Translations under genes and position numbers: made by a program
The notes under the pieces: generated by a model
Told to the model about the DNA's origin: nothing
What the model saw: only the letters and a program-made list of their open reading frames with translations
Databases searched by the model: none
In this document: positions 59,746-64,000 of the stretch, piece by piece
Numbering within the stretch: position 1 is the first letter of the stretch
Layout of the letters: each line of letters starts with the position of its first letter
IMG/VR virus record: IMGVR_UViG_3300019487_000022
Coordinates: 25,241-89,240 of that record
DNA from: a virus
Direction: 5' to 3' (one strand)
DNA length: 64,000 bases

Positions 59746-60363
59746 TTATACTTCAAACTTATGCATATCAGCATTAAAAGTTTTCTGGATGTCAGTTAAG
59801 TATGGCAACCAATCAGAACAAATTGCTTCTCCGCTGTATAAAACAGAATACAATGGAGACCACTTTGGTTCTCTTGGCGTTAAAAGCAAGCGTAAGCCAG
59901 CTTCTTCAGGGGTTTTATCCCCCTTGCGTTTGTTAATATTTGGACAACAAGTAACTAAGTTATCCCAACTATCTTTTCCACCTCTTGATGTTGGAATAAC
60001 GTGATCTTTAGTTGCCTCAGACAACGAAAGCATACGTCCCGTATATTGGCATCGCTTTCCATCTCTCAACCAGATATTTTTCATATTCTGTTTGACAGAA
60101 TATGCTGGAATCTTGTTGTAATTAGATAAGACTGCCATTGTTGGAACGCGAACTTTCAAATGCTTTGTTGCAATACAAGGCATATTCTCATAAACTGGTA
60201 GTTCTAACCAACCTTCCCAATCATATAAGATAGATGTTTCGGCATCTAAAATAGAGCATAAGCCTTTAGAAAGCGCAGTTAAAGTCTTGCGTACATTGCT
60301 GACGCGAATTGGACGCCAAGACTTGTTTAAAACTAAAACTGAGTTAGATAAAGCACTTTTCAT
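59746..60363 (-). CDS. HNH endonuclease (McrA-like)
   Basis: RDGKRCQYTG...TKDHVIP.SRGG..SWDNLVTCC..INKRKG. Confidence 0.88.
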   Translation of the reverse strand: MKSALSNSVLVLNKSWRPIRVSNVRKTLTALSKGLCSILDAETSILYDWEGWLELPVYENMPCIATKHLKVRVPTMAVLSNYNKIPAYSVKQNMKNIWLRDGKRCQYTGRMLSLSEATKDHVIPTSRGGKDSWDNLVTCCPNINKRKGDKTPEEAGLRLLLTPREPKWSPLYSVLYSGEAICSDWLPYLTDIQKTFNADMHKFEV

Positions 60364-60405
60364 ATCATCCCTTACTCTGAAGAATTGTCTCTTTAATTCT
60401 GAACT

Positions 60406-60597
60406 TTAAGTTCTGAAAATTAGATCTTCAGGTTCTAATTCAATTGCCATTACTTTAGCAATTTTTATTGTTTTTACCATTCTAGCCGCAGAAAGTTTAT
60501 TAGATGGTTTGTATGCATCTAATAATAGCTTTGCGCGTTCTAAACATGGTGTTTGATAATACCTCACCTTTAACAAAGACAATGGTTGATATTTCAT
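60406..60597 (-). CDS. Small hypothetical protein
   Basis: 63-aa ORF packed between the macrodomain and HNH genes. Confidence 0.45.
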   Translation of the reverse strand: MKYQPLSLLKVRYYQTPCLERAKLLLDAYKPSNKLSAARMVKTIKIAKVMAIELEPEDLIFRT

Positions 60598-60600
60598 AAA

Positions 60601-61113
60601 TCATTTGTTTAAAAATTTATTTACTTCATTTATGAAACTTTTATTTTTATCTACTATCTTTATTGTGAATTTATCCGAATAGTTAAATCCTATTTGTACC
60701 ATTAATGATGCTACTATGCTTCTATCCACGTTGCCAACTCCGGTTCCTAATCCTGTTATAGCCACATTTTTTAATCCATCTTTGGCAACTGCATCAAAAA
60801 CTTTGTACAATACTTTATTTACTGTATGTATATCGCTTTCACCTCGTGGTAATTCTGTTGTAATTGCATGATATACCCATTTTACACCACGTCTAGCCAA
60901 TTTATATGGTCTAGTTTTAAAGCAATCACCTGCCTTAAATGGTGTTTTTTGTTGGTCCACTACTTCTATTGCTTCATATTCTATATCGTCCCCAGCTACT
61001 TTTTTCACTTCTGCTGCAGCACCGTAAATCATTAAGCCAGAACCATTTGCTGGTATAATGATACCCTCAGTTAAGGGGCGTACAATAGTTCTAACTTCAG
61101 CCAACAAAGCCAT
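60601..61113 (-). CDS. Macrodomain (ADP-ribose binding/processing) protein
   Basis: IIIPANGSGLMIYGAA...VYHAIT...VAITGLGTGVG. Confidence 0.8.
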   Translation of the reverse strand: MALLAEVRTIVRPLTEGIIIPANGSGLMIYGAAAEVKKVAGDDIEYEAIEVVDQQKTPFKAGDCFKTRPYKLARRGVKWVYHAITTELPRGESDIHTVNKVLYKVFDAVAKDGLKNVAITGLGTGVGNVDRSIVASLMVQIGFNYSDKFTIKIVDKNKSFINEVNKFLNK

Positions 61114-61170
61114 ATATTTTCTATTGTTGCGGATAGTAATGTATATAAGTGATTCTCTGGAGAAGACTGG

Positions 61171-62016
61171 TTATATCTCAAATACATCGATATAATCAGA
61201 TAATTCCGCTTCAAAGTTCTTAGGATGTTTTTTTATTTCTCGTTTTATTTTCTTCCTAATTTTTTTATATTTTTGACTTACTCGGGATTCGGATAATCCT
61301 ATTTTATCAGCTATTTTATCCATTGTTAAATGTTTATAATAATAAAAATAAACTATCTTTTTCTCTTCATCATCCAAGTTACCCTTACAGCATAATTTCA
61401 TGAAGAAGTCTTTTTGTTTTATATTTCTATCTACTTCTTCTGAATCATGGTCTATTAAATTATCATTCAAATCCCAGGCATGCATATCTCCGTCTTCATC
61501 ATGAGAAGATTCGATACTTTCATAGTTGCTGACAATATATTTTCTGTTATTACGATGAAACTCAATTTCATCCATTCCTATCATATTAACAAAATCCGCA
61601 TCCGAAATGCGATGCCCAACTTCGTTTTGGACTAAATTTTTTCTTTCTTGAAATTCATCAGAAGCTAATCTTATGCTGCGTGGAATATTATCTAATCTTC
61701 TAATCCCATCAATCATAGATCCTCTTATTCTTCTGTTTGCATACTGTTCAAATGGTACTCCTTTTTCCATATCATAGTTTTCAATCGCATCATATAAACC
61801 ATCTAATCCTAGAGATGCTAATTCATCTGCTTGCATTTTCCAGTTTAAACATTCTGCAACTTTTACAGCGATTTTTTGAACAAATGGGAAATAATATTCA
61901 ATGAGAATATTTTTAACATCTGTTTTTTTGTGAGTAATAAATTTTTTCCAAATTATTTGTAACTCTTCTTTAGACAACTTGTTTTGATTTATCATACTAT
62001 ATTCACCACTAATCAT
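61171..62016 (-). CDS. FliA/WhiG (sigma28)-like RNA polymerase sigma factor
   Basis: Region 2: ELASLGLDGLYDAIENYD..KGVPFEQYA..RIRGSMID. Region 4: LTMDKIADKIGLSESRVSQ. Confidence 0.88.
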   Translation of the reverse strand: MISGEYSMINQNKLSKEELQIIWKKFITHKKTDVKNILIEYYFPFVQKIAVKVAECLNWKMQADELASLGLDGLYDAIENYDMEKGVPFEQYANRRIRGSMIDGIRRLDNIPRSIRLASDEFQERKNLVQNEVGHRISDADFVNMIGMDEIEFHRNNRKYIVSNYESIESSHDEDGDMHAWDLNDNLIDHDSEEVDRNIKQKDFFMKLCCKGNLDDEEKKIVYFYYYKHLTMDKIADKIGLSESRVSQKYKKIRKKIKREIKKHPKNFEAELSDYIDVFEI

Positions 62017-62143
62017 ATTAGCACATTAAAGCGCTATAAAATCCACATTCCAAGTATATTTTAAGAAAAAAATTGACGACCAGTCTATCTCCAGACAGTA
62101 CTAAACTTTAGATACTATCTTAAACAGAAAGGTATTAATTATT

Positions 62144-63349
62144 ATGTCTTTAAGATATAAACCCATTATCAATTCTATATTGGATACCGACCTTTATAAG
62201 TTGACAATGGGTATGGCTGTGGGTAAGGAATATCCTCGTGAGATTGTTAATTATCATTTTATCAATCGTGGCAAAACCGTATTTCCTGAAGGCTTTGGTT
62301 CCGAACTGATTAATCAAATTCAACATATGGCATCGCTTAGTCTTACAGACAGCGAAGCTTCTTTTCTTACCGAAAAATGCGGAAGTTTCCTTGATCCTTA
62401 TTATATTAAAACGTTAAAAGGGTTTCGTTTTGATCCTTCTCAAGTTGATGTTATTCAAAAAGATGGAGATCTTCGTATCGAAATAATCGGTCCCTGGATT
62501 GAAACAATTTATTGGGAAGTGCCTCTTATGGCGCTTATTAGTGAATTGTATTTTTTGATGGAACGCTACCTTATCAGAACAGAAAATAAGATTGCAACAG
62601 ACAGGATAGAAATTCTTGATAGGATAGTTAATAAAGGTAAAAAGCTGTCTAATGCGGGCGCTAAATTCGCCGATTTCGGTACAAGAAGGAGACATTCATA
62701 TAATACGCATGATATAGTAGTTTCTGGTTTATGCCAAAAATACTCTGGCAATTCATGCACAGGAACGTCAAACGTACACTTTGCACAAAAATACAACACG
62801 ACCCCTATCGGTACTCAGGCTCATGAATGGTTCATGTACCATGCAGCTAAATATGGCTATCGCATGGCGAATCAAATGGCTCTTGGAAGGTGGGTTGATG
62901 TATTTGGTGGTCAATTGGGTATTGCATTAACAGATACTTTTACTACCAAAGATTTTTTTCATCATTTTGATCTATTATATGCACAACAGTTTAAGGGAGT
63001 AAGGCAGGATTCGGGGGATCCGTTAGTATTTATGGAGAAAATGATCGCTCACTATAATTCACTGGGAATTGACCCATCAACAAAGACCATTGTGTTTAGT
63101 GATTCTTTGAATGTGGAAAAATGTTTAAATATTCTTGAGAAAGCTAATAATCGTATTATGGTTAGTTTTGGAATTGGAACTAATTTTACTAATGATGTAG
63201 GTTATAAACCCCTGAATATGGTTATTAAATTAATGAATGTTAAATTTCAAAATCGTTGGATTCCTACTGTTAAATTCTCGGATGATGAAGGTAAAGTGCT
63301 TGGACCTGAAACTGAAATAGCATATGCTAAGTATGCATTAGGATTATAA
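62144..63349 (+). CDS. pncB: Nicotinate phosphoribosyltransferase
   Basis: LDTDLYKLTM, DFGTRRR, GTSNV, GTQAHEW, ALTDT, GVRQDSGDP, VFSDSL and FGIGT. Confidence 0.93.
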   Translation: MSLRYKPIINSILDTDLYKLTMGMAVGKEYPREIVNYHFINRGKTVFPEGFGSELINQIQHMASLSLTDSEASFLTEKCGSFLDPYYIKTLKGFRFDPSQVDVIQKDGDLRIEIIGPWIETIYWEVPLMALISELYFLMERYLIRTENKIATDRIEILDRIVNKGKKLSNAGAKFADFGTRRRHSYNTHDIVVSGLCQKYSGNSCTGTSNVHFAQKYNTTPIGTQAHEWFMYHAAKYGYRMANQMALGRWVDVFGGQLGIALTDTFTTKDFFHHFDLLYAQQFKGVRQDSGDPLVFMEKMIAHYNSLGIDPSTKTIVFSDSLNVEKCLNILEKANNRIMVSFGIGTNFTNDVGYKPLNMVIKLMNVKFQNRWIPTVKFSDDEGKVLGPETEIAYAKYALGL

Positions 63350-63351
63350 AA

Positions 63352-63744
63352 ATGAAAGAACCAAAGTTAGTTATTGTTATGAGATCTGACCTTAATATGA
63401 GCAAAGGAAAAATTGCTGCTCAAGCTGGTCATGCGGCGGTAGCTTTTCTTTTAGCTAAAGTTGCAAATAAGAAAAACTTAGAATATACTACAGTTTCTTT
63501 TAAAGAAGTAGAACAAAAATGGATGCAAGGTATTCAAAAGAAAGTATGTTTAGATGTTTCTTCAGAACAAGAACTATTATCTATATATGAGCATGCAAAA
63601 ACAGGAGGATTAGAAGCCCATTTAATTACTGATTTAGGATTGACCGAATTCAATAGTGTAGCAACAATGACTTGCGTAGGTATAGGTCCAGACACTGAAG
63701 AAAAAATCAATCTCGTTACAGGAAGCCTCAAACTCTTTAAATAA
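63352..63744 (+). CDS. pth2: Peptidyl-tRNA hydrolase, Pth2 type
   Basis: KLVIVMRSDLNMSKGKIAAQAGHA...QKKVCL...ITDLGLTEF...TCVGIGP. Confidence 0.9.
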   Translation: MKEPKLVIVMRSDLNMSKGKIAAQAGHAAVAFLLAKVANKKNLEYTTVSFKEVEQKWMQGIQKKVCLDVSSEQELLSIYEHAKTGGLEAHLITDLGLTEFNSVATMTCVGIGPDTEEKINLVTGSLKLFK

Positions 63745-63751
63745 AGAGAAA

Positions 63752-64000
63752 ATGGATATGATTATTGCACTTGGACAAATTGAAGTGGAATGCGGAAAGC
63801 CTCAAGATAATGTCGGGAGAATGCTCCGCATGATTTCTTCATCTGCTGAGAAAAAAGCTCAACTTATTTGTTTTCCTGAGATGTGTGTTGGAGGCTACCT
63901 ACTAGGAGATTTATATCTTGATGATGATTATTGTTTAGATTTAATGTCTTATAATGCTGAGATTGCAGATGCGGCACAGAAATATAATATTGCTGTAGCA
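63752..64000 (+). CDS. nadE: Nitrilase-domain N-terminus, probably glutamine-dependent NAD+ synthetase; truncated at the window edge
   Basis: Manual translation MDMIIALGQIEVECGKPQDN...LICFPEMCVGGYLLGDL; adjacent to pncB. Confidence 0.7.
   Translation, partial: MDMIIALGQIEVECGKPQDNVGRMLRMISSSAEKKAQLICFPEMCVGGYLLGDLYLDDDYCLDLMSYNAEIADAAQKYNIAVA

Noticed and set aside
59746-60363. HNH gene as a mobile element or CRISPR-linked nuclease
   Set aside because: It is free-standing, more than 30 kb from the array, interrupts nothing, and is a common phage gene.
1-64000. Stop-codon reassignment as in some large phages
   Set aside because: Long conserved genes are intact in code 11. The two split genes need frame changes, not readthrough.

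Overview
This 64-kb AT-rich window looks like part of a large (jumbo-type) tailed phage genome read in genetic code 11. The host is probably a planctomycete, because the phytase at the left edge carries an ExLExRxLFA leader. Left part (1-20 kb): accessory genes, including a beta-propeller phytase, a LamG protein, an AAA-NTase-YkgJ-phosphatase-PK-like-vWA-J/kinase operon, an RHH-capsid paralog, an SF1 helicase, small ORFs and an interrupted tRNA-like gene. Centre (20-27 kb): a compact CRISPR locus in which an intact HD+helicase Cas3 overlaps (ATGA) a ~1135-aa RuvC type V effector (Cas12h-like by recollection). A 12-repeat array follows. No Cascade or Cas1/2/4 genes are recognisable in the window. 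Right part (27.7-55 kb, minus strand): head module with MCP, decoration protein, 2027-aa protease/scaffold, portal-DUF559, many K-x-A-[QS]-motif proteins and TerL. Far right: dUTPase, class II RNR, HNH, macrodomain, sigma28-like factor, PncB, Pth2 and NadE. The top candidate system is the Cas3-Cas12 hybrid locus. All assignments come from reading motifs by eye; no searches were run.
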